A stretch of DNA of 64,000 nt from Verrucomicrobiia bacterium (GTDB lineage: Bacteria; Acidobacteriota; Polarisedimenticolia; Gp22-AA2), in the NCBI GenBank assembly GCA_035638075.1, contig DASRAU010000027.1, positions 41,508 through 105,507 of the forward strand, given 5' to 3'. The translations under genes were made by a program, and so were the position numbers. This document shows, one piece after another, positions 10,019 to 19,509 of the stretch. Positions within the stretch are counted from its first letter, which is position 1. Every line of letters starts with the position of its first letter. The notes below the pieces were generated by a model, which did not search any database, was not told the DNA's origin, and saw only the letters and a program-made list of their open reading frames with translations.

Positions 10019-10765
10019 TCATCCGGGGGGTTCTTCCCCCGGGGCGGCCTCTTCCCCGGCTGGACTGGACTCCCTCTCGACCGGGCTCGTGGAGAGCCGG
10101 CGGGCCCTCACCTCGCGCACTTCCCCGTTGGCGGCCAGCCGGAAGCGCAGCTCAAGGACCGGCCACCCGGCGCGGGCGGTCTCCCAGTAGAACACGTTCA
10201 CGGCCATGCCCTCGGCGGTCCGCTCGATGGGGATGCGCGCCAGCGGATCCCCCTCGGCGATGCGGTCGGCGAGGTCGTGCAGCGCCTCCTCCCCCTGCGG
10301 GCGCGTCTCTTCGACCGCCAGGCGATCCGCTTCGTCGAGGAGCCGCCCCGGGGCCAGCCCCTCCAGCCTCAGGTAGAAAACGATGAGCCGCCGGGCTTCG
10401 TCGTCGTCGGGACGGATGCGCTCCCCTCCCACCACTTCGTTGATGCGCTTCCGGGTCGAGAGCACGCTCTCCGGCGGGATGCGTGCCGGGTTGGCGAGCG
10501 GGATGAGCTGAAGCCCCTTCATCGCGACGATCCTCCAGATGCCGTCGCAGTTCTCGGTGCACAGGACGTAGAAGCGCACGCGCGGCAGGGGCTCGCACGG
10601 GATGAGGTCGATGTCGGCTGCCTCGGTCGGCAGCGGGTACAGCGTCGCCCACAGGGCGACGCGGCGCTGCAGAGACTCCGGAGGGGTCAGCCACCCCTCG
10701 AACCAGAAGAACGCGAGGAGCATGCCTCCGAGCAGGATCCCGGTGAGCAGACGGATCCATCTCAT
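10019..10765 (-). CDS. Hypothetical N-terminally membrane-anchored protein
   Basis: ATG at 10765 (MRWIRLLTGILLGGMLLAFFWF) overlaps the stop of the upstream ArnT-like gene by 4 nt (ATGA). No recognisable domain was found. The track ORF extension to 11212 is an alternative frame of the neighbouring gene. Confidence 0.55.
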   Translation of the reverse strand: MRWIRLLTGILLGGMLLAFFWFEGWLTPPESLQRRVALWATLYPLPTEAADIDLIPCEPLPRVRFYVLCTENCDGIWRIVAMKGLQLIPLANPARIPPESVLSTRKRINEVVGGERIRPDDDEARRLIVFYLRLEGLAPGRLLDEADRLAVEETRPQGEEALHDLADRIAEGDPLARIPIERTAEGMAVNVFYWETARAGWPVLELRFRLAANGEVREVRARRLSTSPVERESSPAGEEAAPGEEPPG

Positions 10766-12468
10766 CGTGGTTCGTTCCCCGCGGGCGGCGCGCCGTCTGT
10801 TTGAGCCCCGCTGATGCGCCGCGCCAGCAGATGGTACGGGCGTCCGGAGACCCGGCCGGTGTGGAGGATGCGGACGTCCGGCGGCAGGCGCGGAGCGATG
10901 TCCCTGTACAGCTCCTCCTCGATGAGGAGATCCCGGTCGGGGCCCTCCCCGATCCAATGCAGGATCTGCTCGGGCGTGTCCAGCTCCTCGACGGTCGTCC
11001 GGAGATAGAAGACCCAGACCTCCCGCTTCTCCTCGGTGGCGCCGAGCGGCACCGCCGGGTCGCGCGCCGCGGTGACCTCGGCCGCGAAGCCGCTCAGGTT
11101 CATGTGCCGGTCCGCCAGGGGCAGGACGATCTCGCACGCCACCAGCATCAGGACGGACATCGCCGCCGCGATCCCCCAGGGGACCGCCAGGAGCCGCCGC
11201 GAGGCGCCCCACAGGGCCACGGCCCCCGCCGCCAGCAGCAACGCCCCCACGGCGAGGGCTGCCGTGCGGAACTCGGGATGTTTCCGCGGCACGGCGACGG
11301 GCAGCGCCGCCGCGATGATGAAGGCGAAGAGGGCGAAGACCCGGGCGGACCGCGTGGCGAGGACGCGATGCGCGTCACGCGTGAACAGCCGCGCCACGAG
11401 CAGCGCCGCCGCCGGGTAGATCGGGATGACGTAGACGCCCCGTTTGCCGGTCGAGAAGGAGAAGAAGATCAGGATCGCCGCCATCCAGGCGGTCAGGAAG
11501 ATTGCCGCGGTCCGCTCCGCTCGATCCGGTGCCCCATCCTGTCCCTCACCCTGTCTGCGGCGTCCGAAGGCCGCGATGAGCGCTGCCGGGAGGAAGAACG
11601 ACCACGGCATGAACCCGGCCGGGAAGCGCCAGGCGTAGTACCAGACCGGATGCTGCGCGTTCCAGGCATTGACGTAGCGCTCGACCGTCTGGTGCGTGGC
11701 GATGTGCACCGCTTCGCCGAAGCCCAGGCGGAGCGAGAACGGCACGAACCAGCCGGCGACGACCAGAAGGTAGAGCGCGATTCCGGCAATCGGGACAAGG
11801 CGTCTCAGGTTTTGGGCTCGTCGCAGGAGGACGAGCGCCGGGACGATCGCCAGGAGCGGCATGACGAGACCGACGGGCCCCTTCGCGAGGGTCGCGAGCC
11901 CCATGGCGCCCCAGGCGACGACGGCCCGCCAGCGGCCGCCGCGAGCCCCGGATCCGGCCGGGGCCCGCGCCCCTTCCACCTCCGGATGCCGCGCCCTTTC
12001 CACCTCCTCCCAGAAGAGGACGATCGCGGCGAGCACGAAGAAGTTCAGGGTCATGTCGATCGAGGCCCAGCGCGCCCGCTCGAGGATCTGCATGCTGGTG
12101 GCGAACAGGATCGCCCCGAGCACCCCGGTGGTCCGGTCGTACAGCCGCGTCCCGAGCCGGGCCACGAGCAGAAGCGCCAGCACCGAGCCGAGCAGAGACG
12201 GCAGGCGCGCCGCCGCCTCGTCCACCTGCCCCCCGCGCAGCAGCATGGCGCCGGCGTCGATGGCCCAGAAGAAGAGCGGCGGCTTGTCGGTGTACAGGCG
12301 GCCGTTGCGCGACAGCACGACAGGGTCGCCGCGCTCCAGCATTTCGCGGGCCACGAGACCGAAGCGCGGCTCGTCCGGGGGCCACAGGTCGTGTCCGCCC
12401 AGGCGCCAGCCGAAGAGCAGCAGCCCGAACAGCACGAGCGCCGCGTTGACAGCCTGCCGCCGGTTCAC
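10762..12468 (-). CDS. ArnT/PMT-like glycosyltransferase (GT39/GT83, undecaprenyl-phosphate-sugar dependent)
   Basis: 568 aa and polytopic. The N-terminal motif DLWPPDEPRF...YTDKPPLFFW is typical of ArnT-like lipid A or glycolipid arabinosyl/mannosyl transferases. Confidence 0.8.
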   Translation of the reverse strand: MNRRQAVNAALVLFGLLLFGWRLGGHDLWPPDEPRFGLVAREMLERGDPVVLSRNGRLYTDKPPLFFWAIDAGAMLLRGGQVDEAAARLPSLLGSVLALLLVARLGTRLYDRTTGVLGAILFATSMQILERARWASIDMTLNFFVLAAIVLFWEEVERARHPEVEGARAPAGSGARGGRWRAVVAWGAMGLATLAKGPVGLVMPLLAIVPALVLLRRAQNLRRLVPIAGIALYLLVVAGWFVPFSLRLGFGEAVHIATHQTVERYVNAWNAQHPVWYYAWRFPAGFMPWSFFLPAALIAAFGRRRQGEGQDGAPDRAERTAAIFLTAWMAAILIFFSFSTGKRGVYVIPIYPAAALLVARLFTRDAHRVLATRSARVFALFAFIIAAALPVAVPRKHPEFRTAALAVGALLLAAGAVALWGASRRLLAVPWGIAAAMSVLMLVACEIVLPLADRHMNLSGFAAEVTAARDPAVPLGATEEKREVWVFYLRTTVEELDTPEQILHWIGEGPDRDLLIEEELYRDIAPRLPPDVRILHTGRVSGRPYHLLARRISGAQTDGAPPAGNEPR

Positions 12469-12497
12469 TAGGATGCGCGCGCTCCGGGGGAACCGCC

Positions 12498-13058
12498 TTG
12501 TCCGAACGAAGCGTCCTGCTCGGCCGTCTGCGCCTCGTCGCCCTGTTCCTGTTCGTCATCGCGCTCATCTTCGTATCGCGACCGACGCAGGGGCTCGTCG
12601 TGGCGGGCGCGTGCATCGCCGCGGTCGGCGAAGCGGTCCGCCTGTGGGCCGCCGGCCACCTGAAGAAGTCGGTGCGTCTCGCCGTCTCCGGTCCGTACGC
12701 TCACACGCAGAACCCGCTCTATCTCGGACGGCTCTTGATTCTGACCGGCCTGGGGATCGCGGCGAAGAGCCCGTACGGCATCAACTGGATTGCGCTCGTC
12801 ATCGGCTACGCGATCTTCTTCTTCTATTACATCCCGCGGAAACTTCGCGTCGAAGGGGCGCGGCTGGAGCGGATCCACGGCGACGCCTTCGTCCGGTGGC
12901 GCAACAGCGTGCCGATTCTCTTCCCGTCACTTCGAGCCTATCCGGACGGCACCGATCGCTGGTCGTTCGGGCAGATGGTCCGCAACCAGGAGCCGCTGGT
13001 GTTTCTGGGCCTGGTCGCGGCCTTCGCGTGGCTCTGGTTCCGAATTCCCCCGGCCTGA
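12498..13058 (+). CDS. Isoprenylcysteine carboxyl methyltransferase (ICMT)/phospholipid methyltransferase family membrane protein
   Basis: 186 aa, multi-TM, with GPY.H.QNPLYLG and E...L...G..F..W blocks typical of the ICMT/PEMT family. The start codon is TTG. Confidence 0.7.
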   Translation: MSERSVLLGRLRLVALFLFVIALIFVSRPTQGLVVAGACIAAVGEAVRLWAAGHLKKSVRLAVSGPYAHTQNPLYLGRLLILTGLGIAAKSPYGINWIALVIGYAIFFFYYIPRKLRVEGARLERIHGDAFVRWRNSVPILFPSLRAYPDGTDRWSFGQMVRNQEPLVFLGLVAAFAWLWFRIPPA

Positions 13059-14159
13059 TCCACGCGCGGCGCCGCCGCGCCGCTCCTTCGTCCCCTTGCG
13101 GCCGCGCCGCGCCGGCAGATCGGCGAGCAGCTCGGCCAGCCGCGTGCCGATGCGATCCGCGGAGTAGCGCGCCTCGACCCGGCCGCGCCCGGCCGCCGCG
13201 AGACGGCGTGCGCGATCCCGGTCGGTGAGCAGGCGGACGATCGCCTGCGTCCACTCCGCGTCCCCCGCGGCGAAGAGCCCCGTGACGTCGTTCTCGACGA
13301 TCTCGAGGTTCGCCCCGACGGGGCTGCAGACGACCGGCAATCCCGCCGCCTGGTACTGGAGGATCTTGAGCCCGCACTTGCCGTGGCTGAACGGACTGTC
13401 GTCGATGGGCATCAGCCCGACATCGAAGCCGAGGAGATCGTCGGCTTCGCGCTCGGCGCTCCAGGCCACCTTCTCCGTCGGCACCCCCGGCAGGTCGAGG
13501 AAGTCGTTGCACACCTGCACCAGCCGCGCCCCCGGAACGCGCGCGCACGCGGCGCGCAGCGGTCCCGCGAGCGCCGCGAGATAGCGCAGGCTGGCGCGGC
13601 TGCCGATCCAGCCGATGCGCGGACCGTCGGCCGAGGCGGCGCGGCGGGCCGCGGCCGCCCGCACCCGCTCCTCCGGGAACGGCGCGAGATCGACCCCGGT
13701 CGGAAGCAGCTCGAGACGCGGCGAGGCCCCCGGCGGCGCCAGGCGCGAGGCGTGATCGGCCAGGAACTTGTTTCCCGCCAGGACGAGCGCGGCCCGCCCC
13801 AGGACCGATCGCAGCCGGCGCCGTCGCGCCTCGGCGCGGCGCTCCGCCTTGTCGGATCCGTAGCGCGCCGCCTCGGCGGGACTCACCTCGAAGATCGCGT
13901 CGTCGAAGTCGAACGCCACCGGCACCGACGGCGGCAGCAGGCGCAGCTTCCACGACGACAGCAGCTTTTTCTGGATGAGCACGGCGTCGCACTTCGCCGC
14001 ACGGCGCCGCAGCGCGATCGGTCCGTAACCTTCGTCGCGCTTGGCGATGAGCGTCTCCGGCTCGATGCCGTGGGCCCGCAGCCGGTCGAGGTGCTGCAGG
14101 ACGCGGAAGCGCGTGCTCGGATGCTCGGCACCGCCGTTCAAAACGCAGAGAAGACGCAT
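12927..14159 (-). CDS. Family-1 (GT4-type) glycosyltransferase
   Basis: ATG at 14159 (MRLLCVLNGG). The C-terminal GT-B block is GLMPIDDSPFSHGKCGLKILQYQAAGLPVV. The last roughly 44 codons overlap the 3' end of the convergent ICMT gene. Confidence 0.75.
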   Translation of the reverse strand: MRLLCVLNGGAEHPSTRFRVLQHLDRLRAHGIEPETLIAKRDEGYGPIALRRRAAKCDAVLIQKKLLSSWKLRLLPPSVPVAFDFDDAIFEVSPAEAARYGSDKAERRAEARRRRLRSVLGRAALVLAGNKFLADHASRLAPPGASPRLELLPTGVDLAPFPEERVRAAAARRAASADGPRIGWIGSRASLRYLAALAGPLRAACARVPGARLVQVCNDFLDLPGVPTEKVAWSAEREADDLLGFDVGLMPIDDSPFSHGKCGLKILQYQAAGLPVVCSPVGANLEIVENDVTGLFAAGDAEWTQAIVRLLTDRDRARRLAAAGRGRVEARYSADRIGTRLAELLADLPARRGRKGTKERRGGAARGSGRGNSEPEPREGRDQAQKHQRLLVADHLPERPAIGAVRIGSK

Positions 14160-14217
14160 CGCGGCGCATCGTGACAGAGATGCCGGATGGTGGTCAACGC
14201 GTGGTAACGTCTGCGCC

Positions 14218-15177
14218 ATGAGCACTCCGGAGCCCGACCTTTCGGTCGTCGTCCCGACGTACGGGAAGGCGGACACCTTGCCGCTGGTCGTCCGCGCGCT
14301 CGAGGCCCAGACCGTCGCGCCCGATCGCTTCGAGGTGGTCGTCATCGACGACGGATCGCCGGACGACACGACGACGCGCCTGGCGCGGCTCGAGAAGGAA
14401 ACTTCGCTTCGCTTCCGGTGGATGACGCAGGAGAACCACGGGGTGTCGGCGACCCGCAATCGCGGCGCCCGCGAGGCGCGCGGCCGGATCCTCCTCTTCA
14501 TCCAGGACGACATCGTCGGACGGCCGGACCTGCTCGAACGTCACCTGGCGATCCACGCGCGGCATCCGGAGGCGACCGCCTGCGGCGTCGGGCGGGTGAC
14601 CTGGCCGCCCGAGTGGCAGGTCGATCACTTCATGCACTGGCTCGACCACGGGGGGCCGCAGTTCCGCTACGACCAGGTCCGGGGGCAGAACAAGGTCGGG
14701 TTCAAGCACTTCTACACCTGCAACGTCTCGCTCAAGCGGCAGGCGCTCCTCGATCACCCGTTCGACGAGGAGATCGTCTACGGCTTCGAGGACCTCGAGC
14801 TGGCGCTGCGGCTGGAGCGGGCCGGGTTCGTCTTCCACTACGACCAGGAGGCGGTGGGCTACCACCATCACCGGCGCTCCTTCGCAGACTACCGGCGCCG
14901 GCAGTTCAAGGCCGGCCAGTCGCTCTACGTCGCCTTCCGCAACCATCCGGATCTGGTCGGGAAGACCGGGATCACCTTCATTCCGCCGTCGAAGCGGCGG
15001 CGGACGCGGATGCGCGGCGCGGTGCTGCCGCTGGCCCGGGCGCTCGGAGCGAACCGGACGATCGAGAAATACTGGCGGGCGGTCCTCGACGAAGAGCTGG
15101 TGGCGGGCTACGAGCAGGCGCGCGAGAAGGACATCAGAAAATCAGCCGCACCCCGCCCGGCGCCGGCAGCATCGTGA
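14218..15177 (+). CDS. Family-2 glycosyltransferase
   Basis: ATG at 14218. Motifs LSVVVPTYGK, VIDDGSPDDT and a FIQDD DxD-like motif are present. Confidence 0.8.
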   Translation: MSTPEPDLSVVVPTYGKADTLPLVVRALEAQTVAPDRFEVVVIDDGSPDDTTTRLARLEKETSLRFRWMTQENHGVSATRNRGAREARGRILLFIQDDIVGRPDLLERHLAIHARHPEATACGVGRVTWPPEWQVDHFMHWLDHGGPQFRYDQVRGQNKVGFKHFYTCNVSLKRQALLDHPFDEEIVYGFEDLELALRLERAGFVFHYDQEAVGYHHHRRSFADYRRRQFKAGQSLYVAFRNHPDLVGKTGITFIPPSKRRRTRMRGAVLPLARALGANRTIEKYWRAVLDEELVAGYEQAREKDIRKSAAPRPAPAAS

Positions 15178-15994
15178 CCTTGCGCGGCCGGCCGTCCTCG
15201 CGGCCGCCGCGGCGCGAATCGACCACCATCCGGCCGACGCACAGCCCGTTGAGATAGCCGAAGTAGACGTCCGGCAGCCAGTGCGCGTCCTCGTTCATGC
15301 GCTGCAGCGCCGTCAGGCCGGCCGTCCCGTACATCCCCCAGGCGCCGAACCGCTTCCAGAACCGCACCGCGCCTCCGTCGCTGTCGCGCACCGTCAGGTG
15401 CCGGTCGATGATCGGCGCCAGCATCGACGCGGCGATGGTGACGTCGAGCGACACCGCGTGCCCGTTGCCGCCGAACAGCTTGATGTCGTCGCCGTCGCGC
15501 GGCCGCTCGGTGGCGATGACCTGGTTCGTGACCCCGGCGATGAAGCTCGCGTACGTGACGGTCTCGAGGAGAACGACGGCGGTCTCCTTCGCATGGTCGC
15601 TTTCGCGCGCGAGACCTCCGAGCCAGAAGCCGCCCGCGGCCAGGAGCGGCGTCGCCAGGCGCCCCATCAGCCGGGCGTTGTCGAGCAGCTGATCCCAGTG
15701 CTCGTCCCCGTGCTCGAGGGCGAAGTCGCGCGCTTCGTCGCGCACGCGGTAGAGGGCCGCGCCGGTGCCGACACCGGCGCCGAGGCGCACCCAGCCCGCC
15801 GTGTCGAGATGCGCCGGCCGCCCGAAGACGTACTTCGCGTCGTGCCCGATCTGCTTCCAGCCGAGCGGCGCGTCGGCCGGCGGCGGGGCATCCGTGTCGG
15901 TGTCGACAGCGTCTTCGGCGCGCACGAGGGTCGAGCCGAGGACGAAGCAGAGAGACAGGACCGCGAGGACGGCGTGGCCCGGCGCGCGTCTCAC
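15134..15994 (-). CDS. PAP2-family (acid phosphatase / lipid phosphate phosphatase) membrane protein
   Basis: GTG at 15994 overlaps the stop of the upstream ArnT-like gene (GTGA). A signal/TM segment is followed by PAP2 motifs ..ERP.., GNGH and R-x5-H-x3-D (RMNEDAHWLPD). Confidence 0.7.
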   Translation of the reverse strand: MRRAPGHAVLAVLSLCFVLGSTLVRAEDAVDTDTDAPPPADAPLGWKQIGHDAKYVFGRPAHLDTAGWVRLGAGVGTGAALYRVRDEARDFALEHGDEHWDQLLDNARLMGRLATPLLAAGGFWLGGLARESDHAKETAVVLLETVTYASFIAGVTNQVIATERPRDGDDIKLFGGNGHAVSLDVTIAASMLAPIIDRHLTVRDSDGGAVRFWKRFGAWGMYGTAGLTALQRMNEDAHWLPDVYFGYLNGLCVGRMVVDSRRGGREDGRPRKVTMLPAPGGVRLIF

Positions 15995-17634
15995 GGATCG
16001 CCGCCCGGAGGAGCGGCGGCCCGCACGAGGACGAAGTCGCGGTGACCGATGCGTCCGGTGAGAATCGTCTCCATTTCGGGCCCGTCCCAGGGTTGCATCG
16101 CGTTCCAGGCGCCGCGCTCGACCAGGGCGACGCCCCGATCCGGCTCTCCGACGAATCCGGCCAGCGCGTCCCGGTCCGGCAGCAACGCAACGGGGCGCGC
16201 CAGGTACCAGGCGAACCCGGCATGCGGGTCGGGAAGGATCCCGACCGGCGCCCCCCCGCTGGCCTCGGCGACGCGTCCCGCGAGCGGGCGCGCCGATTTG
16301 AGGGGATCGATGGCGGGAAGCACGCCGTGCACCACGACGAGCCCCGTTGCCGCGGCGCCCGCGGCGAAGAGCGCGATGGCACGCCCGGTCCCGAGCCGGC
16401 GCAGGAGAAGCGCCGGCGGCAGGAACGCGAGCACACCCGCGAGCCCGAGCCGGCCGGACACCGCCGCGAGATCGGCCGACTCGCGCCCCGCCTTGTGCCA
16501 CACCACGGCGGCGGCCACGACGACGATGACCGCCCACGAGGTCAGGCCCGCCGCGACGAGGCGCCGCGCCGGCGGCGGATCCCAGTCGAAGAGGGACAGG
16601 TCCCAGAAGCGGCCGAGGAGGAGCGCCAGGAGCGGCACCATCGGCAGCAGGTACACGCCGCGCTTCTCCACCGAGGCCGCGAAGATGAGCGCGTCGCTCG
16701 CGAGGAGCGTGTAGAGGAAGACCGCCCGGTCGTCGCGCGGCGCCCGCCGCGGCCAGGTCTCGGCAATCGTCGCAGGAAGCAGCGCGATCCATGGGACGAG
16801 CGCCAGCGGCAGCATCGTCAGCAGCTGCCACGCGGGGTGCGGGTGGTGCAGGCCCGAGACGACCCGTTCTTCGAACCGCTGCAGCACCGCCCCGAGCGGG
16901 AAATGCGACCCGGTGGAGGCGCTCCAGGCCAGCATCCACAACACGACCGGCGCGGCGAGCAGCGGCAGCCCGGGCACCCAGTCGGGGCGCGCGAGACGCC
17001 TGAGCCGCCGCGTCGACGCCAGGAAAAGAAGCGCCCCGGGGATCGGCAGGAAGCCCACCGGCCCCTTGGTCAGCACACCGAGACCGCACATCAGGAAGAA
17101 GCCGGCCCAGTTGAAGGCGGCCCCCTCCTCCACCGCGGTCGCCCGCCACAGGAACAGCACCGCGAGCGTCAGCCACAACGCCAGCAGCATGTCGGGGCGC
17201 GCCCAGCGCGCCTCGATCAGAAAATCCTCCATGGTCAGGAGCACGAGGGCCGCGAGCGCCCCGGGGCGCCGGCCGTACAGGTCGCGTCCGAGGAGGAACA
17301 CCGTGAGCGCCAGGAGAACCGCGGCGAGATTGGCTGGGAGGCGCGCCGCCGCCTCGGTGACGCCGCCCGTCGCCGAGGCCGCCGCCGCGGCGAGCCAGTA
17401 GTAGAGGGGCGGCTTCTCCAGCCAGGGATGTCCCGCCTGCTCGGGGGCCGCCCATGAGCCGCGCACGATCGACTGCGTGATGGTGGCGGTGCGCGGCTCG
17501 TCCGGATCCCAGAAATCGCGGCCGGCAAGCCCGGTCGCCACGAGCAGAAGCGCCGCCGCGACCAGGAGGAGCAGGGCGCGCCGGTCGGTCGCGAACAGCA
17601 GCACCGCGGGGCGCACCCCCCGGGGCGGATTCAA
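15991..17634 (-). CDS. Second ArnT/PMT-like glycosyltransferase (GT39/GT83)
   Basis: 547 aa and polytopic, with DFWDPDEPR...EKPPLYYW. It is a paralog of 10762..12468. Its start overlaps the msbA-like stop by 4 nt. Confidence 0.8.
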   Translation of the reverse strand: MNPPRGVRPAVLLFATDRRALLLLVAAALLLVATGLAGRDFWDPDEPRTATITQSIVRGSWAAPEQAGHPWLEKPPLYYWLAAAAASATGGVTEAAARLPANLAAVLLALTVFLLGRDLYGRRPGALAALVLLTMEDFLIEARWARPDMLLALWLTLAVLFLWRATAVEEGAAFNWAGFFLMCGLGVLTKGPVGFLPIPGALLFLASTRRLRRLARPDWVPGLPLLAAPVVLWMLAWSASTGSHFPLGAVLQRFEERVVSGLHHPHPAWQLLTMLPLALVPWIALLPATIAETWPRRAPRDDRAVFLYTLLASDALIFAASVEKRGVYLLPMVPLLALLLGRFWDLSLFDWDPPPARRLVAAGLTSWAVIVVVAAAVVWHKAGRESADLAAVSGRLGLAGVLAFLPPALLLRRLGTGRAIALFAAGAAATGLVVVHGVLPAIDPLKSARPLAGRVAEASGGAPVGILPDPHAGFAWYLARPVALLPDRDALAGFVGEPDRGVALVERGAWNAMQPWDGPEMETILTGRIGHRDFVLVRAAAPPGGDP

Positions 17635-19499
17635 CGGACGATGAGGCGCGGACCGGCTTCGTCGCGGAACTGCAGGTGGTGCAGGCGGGCGTAGACCCCC
17701 GCGCGGGCGAGCAGCTCGGCGTGCGCCCCGCGCTCGACGATGCGGCCGTGATCGAGCACCACGATGGCGTCGGCGCGACGGACCGTGGAGAGCCGGTGCG
17801 CGATGACGAACACCGTGCGCCCCTGCATGAGGTTCTCGAGCGCCGCCTGCACCTCGGCTTCGGATTCGGAGTCGAGCGACGAGGTCGCCTCGTCGAGGAT
17901 CAGGATCGGCGAGTTCTTGAGGAGCGCGCGCGCGATCGACAGCCGCTGCCGCTGCCCCTGCGAGAGACGGTGCCCCGACTCGCCGAGGGGCGTGTCGTAG
18001 CCCTGCGGGAGCGTCTCGATGAACTCGTGCGCGTGCGCCGCCCGCGCCGCCCCGATCACCCGGTCGAGGGGGATGTCGGAGCGGCCGTAGGCGATGTTGT
18101 TGCGCACCGTGTCGTCGAAGAGGATGACCTCCTGGGTCACGAGCCCGATCTGGCTGCGCAGCGACGCCAGCGACACCTCGCGCACGTCGCGGCCGTCGAC
18201 GAGCAGGCTCCCGGCCGTGACGTCGTAGAACCGCGGCAGCAGGTTCACGAGGGTCGACTTGCCGGCGCCGCTGCTGCCGACGATGGCCACGACCTCGCCC
18301 CGCTTCACCGTCAGGTCGAGCCCTTCGAGCACCGGGCTGCGGCCGTAGGAGAAGGACACGCCGCGGTACGCGATCTCCTCTGAAAAGGGAGGCAGGGCCG
18401 GCGCTCCCGGCTTCTCCACCACCTGGGGCGCCTGGTCCATGATCTCGAAGACCCGGTGCGCCGCCGCCATCGCCTGCTGCAGATCGTTGTTGATCTTCAC
18501 GAGGTTGCGGATCGACGTGAAGATGAGGAAGAGCGACCCCACGAAGGTGGCGAACTCCCCCGCCGAGAGCTTGCCCGTGGCGATCCGCTGCCCCGCCCAG
18601 ACGAACAGCGCCGCCCCGCCCAGCGCCCCGAAGATCTCCATCACCGGACTGCTGATCGACACGAGGCGCGCCGCCCGCTTCTCGGCCCGTTGCACACGGT
18701 CGAGCGCCTTCACGAAGCGGGCGGTCTCGAATTCCTCCATCCCGAACGCCTGCACGATGCGGGCGCCGGCCAGCCCTTCCTTCATGATCAGGGCGGCGTC
18801 CCCCATCTTCTGCATGCCGCTGCGGCTCGCCGCCTTCAGGCGCCCGGCGATGCGCGCCACCGGCGCCACGATGATCGGCAAAAGCACCAGGCAGAAGCCC
18901 GCCAGGCGCCAGTTCAGGTAGAACAGGTAGGTCGCCTGGCCGATCACCAGGGCCAGGAGCCGGAACACCTCCGCGAGATCACCCGAGACCGTGCGCTGCA
19001 GGCGTCCGACGTCCCCCAGGATCCGGGAGATCAGGTGCCCGGTGGAGTGCTCGGAGAAGAAGGCCAGCGACTGGCGCTGGATGCGGCCGTACAGGTCGCG
19101 CCGGAGGTCGCGCACCGCCTGCAACCCCGTCCAGCGGGTCAGGTAGGCGGTGAGGTAGGTGAACAGCCCCTTGAACAGGAAGATGACGACGACCAGGACC
19201 CCGATCAGGACGATCGTGCCCTTCGTCCCTGCGTGGATCGCCTCCGACCAGCGGGCCAAAAAGGGGAAATGCACCGCGCCGGCGTCGATGAGGCCGCGCG
19301 CCTGGTCGAGCAGGCGGAACTTGCCTTCGGTCGCGGTGGGCGACGCGGCGGTCTTCGGCAGGGCCTCGTCGAGGATCGGCTGGATCAGGGCCAGGAGGGC
19401 CAGCCAGCAGACCGAGATGGCCACGGCCGACAGGATCGCGCCGACGACCCTGCGCCAGTAGGGCTTGACGTAGTCGACCAGCCGCAGCAGGTCTTTCAT
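17631..19499 (-). CDS. msbA: ABC transporter permease/ATPase fusion, MsbA-like lipid A/lipid exporter
   Basis: 622 aa. The N-terminal 6-TM ABC exporter domain is followed by Walker A GSSGAGKST, signature LSQGQRQR and Walker B ILILDEATS. Confidence 0.8.
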   Translation of the reverse strand: MKDLLRLVDYVKPYWRRVVGAILSAVAISVCWLALLALIQPILDEALPKTAASPTATEGKFRLLDQARGLIDAGAVHFPFLARWSEAIHAGTKGTIVLIGVLVVVIFLFKGLFTYLTAYLTRWTGLQAVRDLRRDLYGRIQRQSLAFFSEHSTGHLISRILGDVGRLQRTVSGDLAEVFRLLALVIGQATYLFYLNWRLAGFCLVLLPIIVAPVARIAGRLKAASRSGMQKMGDAALIMKEGLAGARIVQAFGMEEFETARFVKALDRVQRAEKRAARLVSISSPVMEIFGALGGAALFVWAGQRIATGKLSAGEFATFVGSLFLIFTSIRNLVKINNDLQQAMAAAHRVFEIMDQAPQVVEKPGAPALPPFSEEIAYRGVSFSYGRSPVLEGLDLTVKRGEVVAIVGSSGAGKSTLVNLLPRFYDVTAGSLLVDGRDVREVSLASLRSQIGLVTQEVILFDDTVRNNIAYGRSDIPLDRVIGAARAAHAHEFIETLPQGYDTPLGESGHRLSQGQRQRLSIARALLKNSPILILDEATSSLDSESEAEVQAALENLMQGRTVFVIAHRLSTVRRADAIVVLDHGRIVERGAHAELLARAGVYARLHHLQFRDEAGPRLIVR

Positions 19500-19509
19500 G
19501 GAGCGGATC

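Noticed and set aside
8316-10190. 624-aa plus-strand ORF, with similar long shadow ORFs at 7154..8383, 23858..25924, 45455..47896, 10801..12471, 16042..17457, 40543..42204 and 27746..29332
   Set aside because: All are antisense or out-of-frame shadows of genes with unambiguous homology (aceB, aceA, mdh/icd, the AP-TPR fusion, ArnT-like genes, the S55 peptidase, the FG-GAP protein). Their translations have composition typical of non-coding frames in GC-rich DNA.
15995-17455. N-terminal 487 aa of track ORF 15134..17455, plus the N-terminal extensions of ORFs 27731..31966, 19949..21505, 25921..27192, 26724..27896, 3117..4415 and 12927..14513
   Set aside because: In each case the extension runs through the upstream gene in a different frame. 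An internal ATG or GTG that overlaps the upstream stop by 4 nt gives a sensible N-terminus. The shorter models were adopted.
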